Shown here in pieces: positions 50,362-61,099 of a stretch of DNA of 64,000 nt. Position numbers and translations under genes: made by a program. The stretch's first letter is position 1; every line of letters begins with the position of its first letter. The notes below the pieces were generated by a model that was not told the DNA's origin, searched no databases, and saw only the letters and a list, made by a program, of their open reading frames with translations. This stretch comes from an uncultured Sphingomonas sp. (GTDB taxonomy: Bacteria > Pseudomonadota > Alphaproteobacteria > Sphingomonadales > Sphingomonadaceae), in contig CBIHNZ010000017.1 in NCBI GenBank assembly GCA_966211615.1, positions 22,954 to 86,953 of the forward strand. Reading direction: 5' to 3'.

Positions 50362-50937
50362 CTATTCCTCCTTGTCTTCGCCGCGCTTCTTGGCGAGCTC
50401 CAGCGCCAGGATCGCGCCGAATTGCTGGTCGAGCAGGCGTTGCGGCACCGCCGCCAGGATCGGCCTGAGCTGGACGTCGCCGCGGTCGGGAACGTCGCTC
50501 GTCGCGCCATAGGCGGTCTGGCAGTCCATCGAGAGATCGGGCCCCATCCGCTCTACCGTTTCGCGCTGCTCCTGGGTGAGCGGACCGGAGACGCAGCCTT
50601 TGTGCAGCAGGAGAAGATAGGCGAAGTTGGTCTGCGTCAAATCGATCTGGTTTCGCGTGATTCGATTCTTGTAGATTGCCGACGCCCGCACCTGGAGTGC
50701 CGCGAAATCGACGGCGGCGGTGCGATAAAAGGCGATATTATTCCTGTAGCTGCGTTCGCTGGGGTTCGCCGCCGACGCGATCTTCACGAAGAAGTCGGAA
50801 AATTCGCGCTGGAGCTTTGTCGCGGCGGCATCGGTTTGGTCGTCATATTTGGAGATGAGCTGGATCTTCGTGCATCCGCCGACGATCACGCCAAGGCAAA
50901 CTATGAGGATCGTGACGGCTTTTCTGGAGGCGTGCAT
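50362..50937 (-). CDS. Hypothetical lipoprotein
   Basis: Signal peptide ending VIVGG-C; atypical codons (AGA, AAA, ATA, GTT, CTT) in the first 20 codons. Confidence 0.75.
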   Translation of the reverse strand: MHASRKAVTILIVCLGVIVGGCTKIQLISKYDDQTDAAATKLQREFSDFFVKIASAANPSERSYRNNIAFYRTAAVDFAALQVRASAIYKNRITRNQIDLTQTNFAYLLLLHKGCVSGPLTQEQRETVERMGPDLSMDCQTAYGATSDVPDRGDVQLRPILAAVPQRLLDQQFGAILALELAKKRGEDKEE

Positions 50938-51238
50938 ATCAATACCCGTATTCTGGGTGGAAGCGCTCTGCAGAACTGGGTTAGGCCGCGATTTTTACTG
51001 AAAAATCAAGGGTAATTAGCGGTGGATGCGGCCGACGTTCGGCGCGATAACGCTCCGATCATGCCTATTGCATTGATTTCGATCGATTTCGATTGCCAGG
51101 GCTGTAGCGGGTCGTCGCCGGTCCGTTTGCGGCAGGCCATACCATCACCATTGTGCAGCGGGCCCGGCAGGCATAGCCTCGCAGCCGAACAAAATCATAA
51201 TCGCGGTCGCACGAATTTTGCTCCCAGGGGAGGAAGCG

Positions 51239-52120
51239 ATGCGACGTCTCGTCCTGTTGCCGATGCTGGCGCTGATACTGGTCTCGGGATGCGGTGCGCC
51301 GCCTCCGAACGCCAAGAACGCCGACGGTTCCGCAGGCGCTGTGACCGAGAACACGGTCGCGACCGTCGACAATGCGGTGGAGAACACCGGCGGCGTGCCC
51401 GAAAACGGCAGCACCGGCTATCTCGCGGGAGAAGACGCCTATTGCCCCGCCGTCGACTATGTGACGAGCGAGACCCAGTGCCGGCGCTTCACCGAGGAAA
51501 AATCGACATTGGAAGCAGGGCTCGGCGTGTTCAACACACCCAGCGAGATGGTGGTCGGCGAGAGTCGCGACCTGGTGCTGGGCGTGGGCAAGAAGGCCGA
51601 CGCCGCCGAGGTGCACGAATCGGTGGGCGGCAATGCGACGCAGCATGTCGAGGTGCGCACGCCGGTCGGGCATTTCATGACCGCGACCTTGAGCGGCGGC
51701 GGGTTCGACATCACGCCCGAAGGGCCGCAGCCCAAGACGCTGGCGGCGGACCGCAGCGAGGTCTGGCAATGGCGGATCACCGCCAAGGATGCCGGGCCGC
51801 AAAAGCTGCTGCTCACCATCTCGGTCGATGCGACCGCGGCCGACGGCTCGCGATCGCGCTACGACCTGGCGCGCAAGCCGATCGACATCAACGTGAAGGT
51901 GACCGACGCGCAGCGCCGCGACGCGCGCGCCAAGGCGCTGGAGGACAAGCTACGCCGCGGGACGGGCGTGATGGGGGCGCTGGAGAAATGGCTGCTCGCG
52001 CTGGGTGCGGTGGTGGTCGCGCTGGGCGGCGTGTGGATCGCGGTCAGGACGTTCGGGAAGGGGAAGGACAAGGGCGACGCGGCGAAGAAGGATGCGGGGA
52101 CACCGGACAAGAAGGAGTGA
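51239..52120 (+). CDS. Hypothetical lipoprotein with C-terminal TM helix
   Basis: GGAGG RBS, lipobox LVSG-C, beta-rich middle domain (WQWRIT...GPQKLLLTISV), C-terminal hydrophobic segment and basic tail. Confidence 0.8.
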   Translation: MRRLVLLPMLALILVSGCGAPPPNAKNADGSAGAVTENTVATVDNAVENTGGVPENGSTGYLAGEDAYCPAVDYVTSETQCRRFTEEKSTLEAGLGVFNTPSEMVVGESRDLVLGVGKKADAAEVHESVGGNATQHVEVRTPVGHFMTATLSGGGFDITPEGPQPKTLAADRSEVWQWRITAKDAGPQKLLLTISVDATAADGSRSRYDLARKPIDINVKVTDAQRRDARAKALEDKLRRGTGVMGALEKWLLALGAVVVALGGVWIAVRTFGKGKDKGDAAKKDAGTPDKKE

Positions 52121-52130
52121 TTCTTCTTTT

Positions 52131-52217
52131 TCCGTCATCCCCGCGAAAGCGGGGACCCAGAGCCAAATGGAAAACCGCCTGTGACTCCTGGATCCCCGCT
52201 TTCGCGGGGATGACGGA
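52131..52217 (+). repeat. CGTC-type REP doublet, copy 3
   Basis: TCCGTCATCCCCGCGAAAGCGGGGACCCAGAGCCAA...CCTGGATCCCCGCTTTCGCGGGGATGACGGA. Confidence 0.9.
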
Positions 52218-52235
52218 ATTGGCGGTGCGGCCGGC

Positions 52236-52460
52236 TCAGGCCCGCCAGCGGCCGGTCTCCATCCAGCGGAGCAGCGGCTTGAGCGGTGCGATCCACAGGA
52301 TGCCGAGCACGAGATAGAGCGGCAGCTGGAGCAGGACCGGCAGCGAGCTGATCTCGGCCGAGAAGGTCGCGACGACGACGACCCAGACGAGCACGAGCAG
52401 GATGATTCCCAGCGCGCCCGCGGGCTTGCGCCAGCTCGGTTCTACGCTTCCTCGTGACAC
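52236..52460 (-). CDS. DUF2842-family small membrane protein
   Basis: WRKPAG, two TM helices, GILWIAPLKPLLRWMETGRW. Confidence 0.8.
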   Translation of the reverse strand: MSRGSVEPSWRKPAGALGIILLVLVWVVVVATFSAEISSLPVLLQLPLYLVLGILWIAPLKPLLRWMETGRWRA

Positions 52461-52996
52461 AGCATGGCCTCCTCGGTGATGACGGCGTTGAGCGGCACGT
52501 CCCAGATATCGGCGGGTATGGCAGGAACCTCCTGCACCGACCAGGCGACGCCGACTCGCCAGGCGGCCTCATAGCGGGCGAAGGCGCGATCGTAATGCCC
52601 GGCGCCCTGGCCGAGCCGGTTGAGCCGGCGATCGAAGCCGACCAGGGGCGTGAGAATCACGTCGGGCGCGACCTCGGGGCTGTCGGCGTCGGGCTGGCGC
52701 AGGCTGAACGGACCCGCGACCAGGGGGATGGCGGGATCCCAGGCGAGGAACCGGATCGGCGCGGCACGATCGACGACATGGGGCAGGGCAAGGCGGCAGC
52801 CCCGCTCCGCGGCGGCGGCGGCGAGCTGGGTCGGGTCGGCCTCGCTGCCGATGGGGTGATAGGTGGCGACGACCATGCCGGCGCGCAGGCGCGCGACATA
52901 GGCTTCGGGCGCGGTGATCGCGGTGATCGATTCGGCGGCGAAGCGATCGCGATCGGCGCGCAGGCGCGCCCGCAGGGCGGGTTTGTCGAGAATCAT
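52442..52996 (-). CDS. ygfA: 5-formyltetrahydrofolate cyclo-ligase
   Basis: DKPALR, PDVILTPLVGFDR..NRLGQGAGHYDR; immediately downstream of 6S RNA. Confidence 0.93.
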   Translation of the reverse strand: MILDKPALRARLRADRDRFAAESITAITAPEAYVARLRAGMVVATYHPIGSEADPTQLAAAAAERGCRLALPHVVDRAAPIRFLAWDPAIPLVAGPFSLRQPDADSPEVAPDVILTPLVGFDRRLNRLGQGAGHYDRAFARYEAAWRVGVAWSVQEVPAIPADIWDVPLNAVITEEAMLCHEEA

Positions 52997-53009
52997 GCGT
53001 TGCGGGCGG

Positions 53010-53173
53010 GGTGGCGGGACCGCCGTGGCCGTTTGCCAGAATATCCTCTGACGCGCGGTACGTCAGGTGGGAACCATGTGCGACAGACCAGGATCTGCAC
53101 AGGGACAACTCCCATGGATGATGAATAGCCTCAGGGATAATGCCAAGGCTCGTACCGGGCAGTGCCCGCCACC
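53010..53173 (-). ncRNA. ssrS: 6S RNA
   Basis: Located between zapA and ygfA (conserved synteny); complementary ends GGTGGCGGG / CCCGCCACC closing a long stem of about 164 nt. Confidence 0.88.
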
Positions 53174-53213
53174 TACCTATTTAGGGTGTGTACGCGCCGC
53201 TGGCAATGGACCC

Positions 53214-53516
53214 TCAGCCGTCCTGCGCGTCTTCCTCGAGCGCGGCCGCGACGGCTTCGAGGCGATCGGCGATGCGATCGAGCAATACCGGCGATACGCC
53301 CGAGGGGGGATTGCGCTCCGCCTCGTCGAGCAGATCGGCGAGGATCAGCGCGAGATAGACGAGCGTGCGTTCCGAATTGAGCCCGCCCGAGGCGTGCAGC
53401 GCAGTATCGGCATGGCGGCCGATCAGCGCCTCGAGATTGCGCAGATGCGCTTCCTCGCCGTCGCGCGCGGCGATCGAATAGGTGCGGCCGGCGATGGTGA
53501 GCGTGATGTCTGCCAT
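53214..53516 (-). CDS. zapA: Cell division protein ZapA
   Basis: ITLTIAGRTYSIA.RDGEEAHL, R.LVYLALILAD. Confidence 0.9.
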   Translation of the reverse strand: MADITLTIAGRTYSIAARDGEEAHLRNLEALIGRHADTALHASGGLNSERTLVYLALILADLLDEAERNPPSGVSPVLLDRIADRLEAVAAALEEDAQDG

Positions 53517-53701
53517 CACTCCTCCTCCGCGGTGGCGGCTTCGGCGGCGATCAGCGCGTCGATCGCCTCGACCGCTTCCTCCATGCGCTGGCGCAGCAAA
53601 GCATGGCGGCGCGCGAGACGAGCGCTGGCATAGGCACGGGCGGTGGCCGCTGCCTCAATCCTGGCGAGCGCCTGCTCGATGCGGTCTGCTCTGTCAGCCA
53701 T
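53516..53701 (-). CDS. Small coiled-coil protein upstream of zapA (DUF4164-like)
   Basis: MADRADRIEQALARIEAA; stop overlaps the zapA start; usual alphaproteobacterial position. Confidence 0.7.
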   Translation of the reverse strand: MADRADRIEQALARIEAAATARAYASARLARRHALLRQRMEEAVEAIDALIAAEAATAEEE

Positions 53702-53839
53702 GATAATGCAGGCGATACCATGCGGGGGGCCAGCGGCAACCCCTGTTTGCCCCGCGGGTGCCGCCAGCCGGTTGACGCGAGGGCCCTGTCCCCCCAAAGG
53801 CGTGCCGCACTAGAGCCACTTGCATTTTGGGGAGCCCCA

Positions 53840-55804
53840 GTGACGACATCCTTCACCGATTGCGCCAATGCGATCCGCGCGCTGGCCATGGACGCGGTGG
53901 AGGCCGCCAATTCGGGGCATCCCGGCATGCCGATGGGCATGGCCGACGTCGCGACCGTGCTGTTCCAGCGCTACCTGAAGTTCGATCCCGCCGATCCCAA
54001 TTGGCCCGACCGCGACCGATTCGTCCTGTCGGCGGGACACGGATCGATGCTGCTCTACGCGGCGCTGCACCTCACCGGCTATGCGCGCCCGACGCTGGAG
54101 GACATCAAGGCCTTCCGCCAGGTCGGCAGCCCGTGCGCGGGGCACCCCGAGAATTTCGAGCTCGCCGGAGTCGAGGCGACGACCGGCCCGCTGGGCCAGG
54201 GCCTGGCGATGGCGGTGGGCATGGCGATGGCCGAGCGGCACCTGAACGGGGTGTTCGGCGACGCGCTCGTCGACCACAGGACCTGGGTGATCGCCGGCGA
54301 CGGCTGCCTGATGGAAGGCATCAACCACGAGGCGGTGGGCCTGGCCGGGCATCTCAAGCTCGGCCGCCTGAACGTGCTGTGGGACGACAACAAGATCACG
54401 ATCGACGGCGCGGTCTCGCTCTCGTCGAGCGAGGACATCCCGGCGCGCTACCGCGCCTCCGGCTGGCATGTCGTCGCGTGCGACGGGCATGACGAGAAGG
54501 ACATCGCCCGCGCGTTCGACGAGGCGCTGGCAAGCGACCTGCCGACCCTGGTCCGCTGCCGCACGGTGATCGGCAAGGGCGCTCCGACCAAGGCGGGCAC
54601 CTCCAAGGCGCACGGATCGCCGCTGGGTGCCGACGAGATCGCCGGCGCGCGCAAGGCGCTGGGCTGGGACTATCCGGCGTTCGAGATTCCCGACGCCATC
54701 CGCACCACCTGGCTGGAAGCCGGCGCGCGCGGCGCCAAGCCGCACGCCGACTGGAAGGCGCGGCTGGCGGCCGATCCCGACCGGATCGGCTATGAGCGGC
54801 GCGGCGACGTGCAGGATACCCTCCTCGAATCGTACATCGCCGACCTGATCACCAATCCGCAGAAGGTCGCGACCCGAAAAGCTTCCGAAATGGCGCTCGA
54901 GGCGATCAACGCGATCCTGCCCGAGACGATCGGCGGCTCGGCCGACCTCACCGGCTCCAACAACACGCTGACCAAGGGCCTCAAGCCGCTGACTGCGGAC
55001 GATTATGCCGGGCGCTACGTCTATTACGGCATCCGCGAGTTCGGCATGTCGGCGGCGATGAACGGCATGGCGCTGCACGGCGGCGTGATCCCCTATGGCG
55101 GCACCTTCCTGGTCTTTTCCGACTATGCGCGCGGGGCGATCCGCCTCTCGGCGCTGCAGGAGGCGCGGGTCGTCTATGTGATGACGCACGACTCGATCGG
55201 GCTGGGCGAGGACGGTCCGACGCACCAGCCGATCGAGCATCTGATGAGCCTGCGCCTCATCCCCAATCTCGACGTCTATCGCCCGTGCGACACGATCGAG
55301 ACCGCCGAGGCCTGGGCGCTGGCGCTGGCCAAGACCAACGGGCCCTCGCTGCTCGCGCTCAGCCGCCAGAACCTGCCGCAGCTGCGCACCAGCGCGCCGG
55401 AGAACCTCACCGGCCGCGGCGCCTATTGCCTGGTCGAGGCCGAGGCGGTGCGCCAGGTGGTCCTGATCGCCACGGGCTCGGAAGTCGAGATCGCCGTCGC
55501 GGTGCGCGAGGCGCTGGAGGCCGAGGGTATCGGCGCGGACGTCGTCTCGATGCCGTGCTGGGAGCGGTTCGAGGCGCAGGACGCGCAGTACAAGAAGGAC
55601 GTGCTGCCCAAGCACGCGCTCAAGGTCTCGATCGAGGCCGGCGCGACCCTGGGCTGGGAGCGCTACACCGGCGACGGCCTGCGCTTCGGGGTGGATGTTT
55701 TCGGCGCATCGGGTCCCTATCTGAGACTCTACGAACATTACGGGCTCACCGCGGGAGCCATCGTGCCGCGGATCATCGAGAGACTGAACGGAGAACAGGC
55801 ATGA
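53840..55804 (+). CDS. tkt: Transketolase
   Basis: [53 protein letters not shown]; GTG start at 53840. Confidence 0.98.
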   Translation: MTTSFTDCANAIRALAMDAVEAANSGHPGMPMGMADVATVLFQRYLKFDPADPNWPDRDRFVLSAGHGSMLLYAALHLTGYARPTLEDIKAFRQVGSPCAGHPENFELAGVEATTGPLGQGLAMAVGMAMAERHLNGVFGDALVDHRTWVIAGDGCLMEGINHEAVGLAGHLKLGRLNVLWDDNKITIDGAVSLSSSEDIPARYRASGWHVVACDGHDEKDIARAFDEALASDLPTLVRCRTVIGKGAPTKAGTSKAHGSPLGADEIAGARKALGWDYPAFEIPDAIRTTWLEAGARGAKPHADWKARLAADPDRIGYERRGDVQDTLLESYIADLITNPQKVATRKASEMALEAINAILPETIGGSADLTGSNNTLTKGLKPLTADDYAGRYVYYGIREFGMSAAMNGMALHGGVIPYGGTFLVFSDYARGAIRLSALQEARVVYVMTHDSIGLGEDGPTHQPIEHLMSLRLIPNLDVYRPCDTIETAEAWALALAKTNGPSLLALSRQNLPQLRTSAPENLTGRGAYCLVEAEAVRQVVLIATGSEVEIAVAVREALEAEGIGADVVSMPCWERFEAQDAQYKKDVLPKHALKVSIEAGATLGWERYTGDGLRFGVDVFGASGPYLRLYEHYGLTAGAIVPRIIERLNGEQA

Positions 55805-56808
55805 CGAAGGTTGCGATCAACGGTTTCGGGCGCATCGGCCGGCTGGTGGCGCGCGCGATCCTCGAGCGTCCCGATAGCGGGCTCGAACTGGTCACGATCA
55901 ACGATCTTGCAGACGCCAAATCCAACGCCTGGCTGTTCTCGCGCGACAGCGTGCACGGCAAGTATCCGGGCACCGTCGAGGCCGATGGCAACGACCTGGT
56001 CGTCGACGGCAAGCGCATCAAGGTGACCGCCGAGCGCGACCCGGCGAACCTGCCGCATGCCGCGAACGGCGTGGAGCTCGTGCTCGAATGCACCGGCTTC
56101 TTCACCGACCGCGCATCGGCCCAGAAGCATATCGATGCGGGCGCCAAGAAGGTGCTGATCTCGGCGCCGGGCAAGAATGTCGACCTGACCGTCGTCTACG
56201 GCGTCAACCATGAGAAGCTGGAGGCGGGCCACACGATCGTCTCGAACGCGTCGTGCACCACCAACTGCCTGGCGCCGGTCGCCAAGGTGATGAACGATAC
56301 GCTCGGCATCGAGCGCGGCCTGATGACCACGGTCCACGCCTATACCAACGACCAGAAGATCCTCGACCAGATCCACCCGGACCTGCGCCGCGCCCGCGCC
56401 GCCGCGATGTCGATCATCCCGACCACCACCGGTGCCGCGCGCGCCGTGGGCGAGGTGCTGCCCGAGCTCAAGGGCAAGCTCGACGGCTCGGCGATCCGCG
56501 TGCCGGTGCCGGACGGCAGCCTGGTCGACCTGACCTTCACGCCGAAGCGCGACACCACCCGTGAGGAGGTCAACGCGATCCTCAAGGCGGCGTCCGAGAG
56601 CGGCCCGCTGAAGGGCATCCTGGTCTATTCGGAAGACCCGCTGGTCTCGGTCGACATCGTCCACACCCCGCAGAGCTCGACGGTCGACAGCCTCGAGACC
56701 GCGGTGATCGACGGCAAGCTGGTGCGCGTCGTCAGCTGGTACGACAATGAATGGGGCTTCTCGAACCGCATGGTCGATACGGCCTCGGCGATGGCGAAGC
56801 TGGGCTGA
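55801..56808 (+). CDS. gap: Type I glyceraldehyde-3-phosphate dehydrogenase
   Basis: [26 protein letters not shown]. Confidence 0.98.
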   Translation: MTKVAINGFGRIGRLVARAILERPDSGLELVTINDLADAKSNAWLFSRDSVHGKYPGTVEADGNDLVVDGKRIKVTAERDPANLPHAANGVELVLECTGFFTDRASAQKHIDAGAKKVLISAPGKNVDLTVVYGVNHEKLEAGHTIVSNASCTTNCLAPVAKVMNDTLGIERGLMTTVHAYTNDQKILDQIHPDLRRARAAAMSIIPTTTGAARAVGEVLPELKGKLDGSAIRVPVPDGSLVDLTFTPKRDTTREEVNAILKAASESGPLKGILVYSEDPLVSVDIVHTPQSSTVDSLETAVIDGKLVRVVSWYDNEWGFSNRMVDTASAMAKLG

Positions 56809-56810
56809 CT

Positions 56811-56890
56811 GTCACCCCGGCGAAAGCCGGGGCCCAGAGCCAAAAGCGGCGTCGCCTGTGACCCTGGGTCCCGGCTTTCGCCGGGATGAC
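56811..56890 (+). repeat. CGTC-type REP doublet, copy 4
   Basis: GTCACCCCGGCGAAAGCCGGGGCCCAGAGCCAA...CCCTGGGTCCCGGCTTTCGCCGGGATGAC. Confidence 0.88.
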
Positions 56891-56901
56891 GAGGAAAAGG
56901 T

Positions 56902-58092
56902 ATGACCAGACCCTTCAAGACGCTCGACGACATGGGCGAGATCGCCGGCAAGCGCGTGCTCGTCCGCGAGGACCTGAACGTGCCGATGGCGGACGGCGCG
57001 GTGACCGACGACACGCGGCTGCGCGCTGCGGTGCAGACGGTCGCCGAGCTTGCCGACCGCGGCGCCAAGGTGATCGTGCTCGCGCATTTCGGGCGTCCCA
57101 AGGGCGTGCGCAATCCGGAGATGAGCCTGGCGCTGGTCACCAAGCCGTTCGAGCAGGTGCTCGGCCGTCCGGTGCGCTTCATCGACGACCAGCAGGCCGG
57201 CGACGTCATCCACAAGATGGCGGATGGCGAGATCGGCATCCTCGAGAATACCCGCTTCGATCCGGGCGAGGAGAAGAACGCGCCCGAGACGGTCGAGCGG
57301 CTCGCCGCACTGGGCGATTTCTATGTCAACGACGCCTTCTCCGCCGCGCACCGCGCCCACGCCTCGACCGAGGGGCTGGCGCACAAGCTGCCGGCGTATG
57401 CGGGGCGGCAGATGGAAGCCGAGCTCGACGCGCTCGACAAGGCGCTGGGCAATCCCGAGCATCCGGTCGCTGCCGTTGTCGGCGGCGCCAAGGTTTCGAC
57501 CAAGCTCGACGTGCTCAAGCACCTCGTCGCCCAGGTCGATCACCTGATCATCGGCGGCGGCATGGCCAACACCTTCCTCGCGGCGCGCGGCGTCGATGTC
57601 GGCAAGAGCCTGTGCGAGCATGACCTGACCGGCACCGCCGAGGAGATCATGGACGCGGCCGACAAGGCGCGTTGCATCGTCCACCTGCCGTACGACGTGG
57701 TGGTGGCGAAGGAGTTCAAGCCGAACCCGGCGACGCGCACCGTCAATGTCCATGAAGTCGCGGCCGACGAGATGATCCTCGACATCGGCCCGGCGGCGAC
57801 CGAGGCGCTGGCCGATGTGCTCAAGAACTGCCGCACCCTGGTGTGGAACGGGCCGCTCGGCGCGTTCGAGACGCCACCGTTCGACACTGCAACGGTCGCG
57901 CTGGCCAAGACCGCCGCGGCGCTGACCAAGGAAGGCTCGCTGGTTTCGGTCGCGGGGGGCGGGGACACCGTTGCCGCGCTCAACCAGGCTGGCGTAGCGG
58001 ACGATTTCAGCTTCGTCTCGACCGCGGGCGGCGCCTTCCTGGAATGGATGGAAGGCAAGGAACTGCCCGGCGTGGCCGCGCTCGCGCGCTGA
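56902..58092 (+). CDS. pgk: Phosphoglycerate kinase
   Basis: [57 protein letters not shown]. Confidence 0.98.
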   Translation: MTRPFKTLDDMGEIAGKRVLVREDLNVPMADGAVTDDTRLRAAVQTVAELADRGAKVIVLAHFGRPKGVRNPEMSLALVTKPFEQVLGRPVRFIDDQQAGDVIHKMADGEIGILENTRFDPGEEKNAPETVERLAALGDFYVNDAFSAAHRAHASTEGLAHKLPAYAGRQMEAELDALDKALGNPEHPVAAVVGGAKVSTKLDVLKHLVAQVDHLIIGGGMANTFLAARGVDVGKSLCEHDLTGTAEEIMDAADKARCIVHLPYDVVVAKEFKPNPATRTVNVHEVAADEMILDIGPAATEALADVLKNCRTLVWNGPLGAFETPPFDTATVALAKTAAALTKEGSLVSVAGGGDTVAALNQAGVADDFSFVSTAGGAFLEWMEGKELPGVAALAR

Positions 58093-58101
58093 TAAAGAGC
58101 T

Positions 58102-58599
58102 CTACTTCGGCAGGCGCTCGTTCAGGAGCGGCACCAACTCCTGATTCAGCGCTTCGAGCGTGAGGGCGCCTGCCTTGGCGTAGCGGACCGTGCCGGCGCG
58201 ATCGATGATGTAGTTGGTCGGCACCGCGTCGCCGATGGGGGTGTACGGGCCCTTGATCCTTCGTGCCGGATCGATCGCGAGCGCGGCGAAGAGGGATTTC
58301 ATCCGGAAGGCCGGCACCGAATCCTCGGTAGCCACCGCGAACACGCGCAGCCCGCTCGGCTTCTGGATCCGGTAATAGGTGTCGAGCAACGGCAGCTCGG
58401 TGCGGCAGGGCACGCACCAGGTGGCCCAGAAATTGAGCACGACCACCTGCCCGTGAAGATCCGCGAGGTTGATCTTCGTGCCGTCGATCAACACGATCTG
58501 GGCAGGAGGCGCCGGCGCGCCGACGACCGGACGCTTGTCGGGCATCGCGCCGCCGCCGAGCGTCAAGGCGAACAGCAGACAGGCAAGCTGCCTTCCCAT
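58102..58599 (-). CDS. TlpA-family thiol-disulfide oxidoreductase
   Basis: Signal-like N-terminus, LNFWATWCVPC, VPTNYIIDR.G. Start approximate. Confidence 0.88.
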   Translation of the reverse strand: MGRQLACLLFALTLGGGAMPDKRPVVGAPAPPAQIVLIDGTKINLADLHGQVVVLNFWATWCVPCRTELPLLDTYYRIQKPSGLRVFAVATEDSVPAFRMKSLFAALAIDPARRIKGPYTPIGDAVPTNYIIDRAGTVRYAKAGALTLEALNQELVPLLNERLPK

Positions 58600-58668
58600 A
58601 GCGAGGCGTGGCGTCAAAATAGACTGTCCCCCCTTCGGCAAATGCGATCGGCGCACCGAATCGCAGTC

Positions 58669-59847
58669 CTAAGTGCGCCGATCGAATAATGCGAACAAGA
58701 ACAGCAATATGCCACCGATTCCTGCGCCGATCGATGCGGCGAGCGTCCAGCCGCCATATTGATAGGCAGCCGAACCGATCAACGAGCCCGTCGCGCCGAC
58801 GACGAACATGATCGTCAGATAGGCCGCATTGATCCGGCCGCGCGCCTCGCTCGACAGGCCGAAGATGATGCGCTGGCCCGAGATCTGGTTGAGCTGGACC
58901 CCGGCATCGATGAGCACCGCGGTGACCGTGAAGGCGATCACGCTGCCGAGCGCCACCACCCAGTCCGCGGCGAGGAAGGACAAGGTCACCAGCGCCAGCG
59001 CGAAGAAGGTCGTGGCGCGCGCCTTGCCCTTATCGGCGAGCTGGCCCGCGATCGGCGCTGCGAGCGCGCCGCCGGCACCGGCCAGCGCGAACAGCCCGAC
59101 CTCGCCGTGGCTGAAATGGAAGCGATGGATCAGTGCCAGGGGCGCCGCGGTCCAGAACAGGTTGAATGCGGCGAACAGCAGCGACTGATAGGCGGCGCGC
59201 AGGCGGAGCGCCCGGTGCGTGCGGACCATCTCGAACATCGAGGCGAGGATCGCGCCATAGCCGAGCCGCGTCTCCGGCCGGCGCTCGGGAAGCCAGGAAG
59301 CGAGCGCCAGGCCGATCGCGGTCATCAGACCGGCGGAAAGGAAGAATACCGCGCGCCAGCCGGCGACCTCCGCGACGAAGCTCGCGATCGGCCGGGCGAG
59401 CATGATGCCGGTGAGCAGCCCGCTCATCACCAGCCCGATCGTACGGCCCTGGCGCGCATGCGACGAGAGATGCGCGGCGAGCGGCACGAGGATCTGCGCG
59501 CCGACCGAGCAGATTCCCATCACCAGTGACGCGGCGAGGAACAGCGGTGCGTTCTGCGAAAGCGCCACGCTGATGCAGCCGACCACCGTGCCGGCGGTGG
59601 CGATCAGCGTCAGCCGGCGGTTCTCGAACAGATCGGACAAAGGCACGATCAGGGCCAGGCCGAGGCCATAGCCGAGCTGGGTGAGGGTGACGATCGCGCC
59701 GGCCGCCCAGGCGCTCATCCCGATCTCGGGGGCGATCGTGTCGATCAGCGTCTGGGCGTAATAGATGTTGGCGACCATCATCCCGCAGCCCACCGCCATC
59801 AGCAGGGTGAGGGCGGGGGTGATGTCGTGGCTGTCGGGATGGCTCAT
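58669..59847 (-). CDS. MFS transporter (YnfM/YgaY-like)
   Basis: ANIYYAQ, TQLGYGLGL...PLSDLFENRRL, GLLTGIMLAR, RGRINAAY. Confidence 0.9.
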   Translation of the reverse strand: MSHPDSHDITPALTLLMAVGCGMMVANIYYAQTLIDTIAPEIGMSAWAAGAIVTLTQLGYGLGLALIVPLSDLFENRRLTLIATAGTVVGCISVALSQNAPLFLAASLVMGICSVGAQILVPLAAHLSSHARQGRTIGLVMSGLLTGIMLARPIASFVAEVAGWRAVFFLSAGLMTAIGLALASWLPERRPETRLGYGAILASMFEMVRTHRALRLRAAYQSLLFAAFNLFWTAAPLALIHRFHFSHGEVGLFALAGAGGALAAPIAGQLADKGKARATTFFALALVTLSFLAADWVVALGSVIAFTVTAVLIDAGVQLNQISGQRIIFGLSSEARGRINAAYLTIMFVVGATGSLIGSAAYQYGGWTLAASIGAGIGGILLFLFALFDRRT

Positions 59848-59921
59848 GACCCGCCCAGAGCCCGGCACCTCCGTTCCACGCAAGCGCTATCTTAGTATTA
59901 GTCGGTTGCGGGTTGCGCAAT

Positions 59922-60821
59922 TTACCGCGGGCGTTCGGCGGCAGCGGCCGGCTGACGCTCGAGCCGGTAGCGGAGGCGGTAGAGGTCCATGCCGCCCGAG
60001 CCCGGACGCTGCGCCGAGAAGGTCAGCCGGCCGGGTGCCGACCAGTCGAGCATCGGGCCGTAACTGTCCTTGTCGCCATTGGCGCCCCGCGGCAGCCGCG
60101 TGCCGGCCGGGTAGTGCGTGCGCTGGGGCGCGGCGGCGAACAAGTCGATCCGGTCCTTGCGGAGATCCGGTGCGCGCGAGAAGACGATCGTGCGGCTGTC
60201 GGCGAGGAAGGTGGCGTCGAACTCGTCGGCTTCGCTGTTGATCGCGCCGGGCAGGCCGATCGCCGGGGCGAAGCCGGTCCCGCGGCGCCGGGCGACATAG
60301 AGGTCCTGCCGCCCCGCGCCACCCGGCCTGTCGCTCGAGAAGAGCAGCTGCTTTCCGTCGGGTGCCAGCATCGGTGCCCATTCGTTCGCCGCACTGTTGA
60401 CGCTTGCGCCGAGCGGCTCGGGCACGCCGAAGCTCGTCGCGGTCACGGCGACCCGGTAGACATCGTCGCCGCCCAGGCCGCCGGGGCGGTCGGAACTGAA
60501 ATAGACATGCCGCCCATCCGCGGAGAAGGCGGGATCGAAATCGCGGCCGGGGCTGTTGAAGGGAACCGGCATCGGTTCGCCCCATCCGCCGCGCGCACGA
60601 CGGGACATCCAGATGTCATAGCCTCCCGCACCGCCCGGCCGGTCGCGGCTGAACCAGAGCGCGGTGCGTCCGTCCGGACTGATCGTCAGCCGGACCTCGG
60701 AGAAGCGCGTGGAGGCGATCCCCGGAGCAAATGGTTCCGGAACGCCGAGGATGGTCACGGGGTCGCCGATGGCGAGGAGCGGTGCGCCCGCGTATAGCGC
60801 GAGGCGGGCAATCTGGATCAT
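59922..60821 (-). CDS. TolB-like PD40-repeat beta-propeller protein
   Basis: Repeats DFDPAFSADG..VYFSSDRPGG.GG.D, EWAPMLAPDG..LLFSSDRPGG.G..D, EFDATF. Confidence 0.85.
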   Translation of the reverse strand: MIQIARLALYAGAPLLAIGDPVTILGVPEPFAPGIASTRFSEVRLTISPDGRTALWFSRDRPGGAGGYDIWMSRRARGGWGEPMPVPFNSPGRDFDPAFSADGRHVYFSSDRPGGLGGDDVYRVAVTATSFGVPEPLGASVNSAANEWAPMLAPDGKQLLFSSDRPGGAGRQDLYVARRRGTGFAPAIGLPGAINSEADEFDATFLADSRTIVFSRAPDLRKDRIDLFAAAPQRTHYPAGTRLPRGANGDKDSYGPMLDWSAPGRLTFSAQRPGSGGMDLYRLRYRLERQPAAAAERPR

Positions 60822-61099
60822 CGGTCTCTCCCTTTGCAGGACGAGATGGAATCCGGACGACGCCTTAACCAGTGGGCAGTTGACGGTGGAGGCCAAGCCA
60901 GATTTGCGCTCGGCGATCCGAGGACCGCAGCGCGGATTCCCAAAACGGCACTCGCGCGACAGAAACAAATCGGAAAATATTCGACATTGTCGATATTTGG
61001 ACTTGTGCCTGTGCCAGCGGGCATGGGATAACGTTGAAGACGATTTGGGGGGAAGAATCGGTCGGTTTTGTAGGCGTGGCGTTTAGCCATCGCATGCGG

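Noticed and set aside
51186-51200. GAAC-AAAATCA-TAAT as a second LexA box
   Set aside because: The second half-site has two mismatches; too weak to call.
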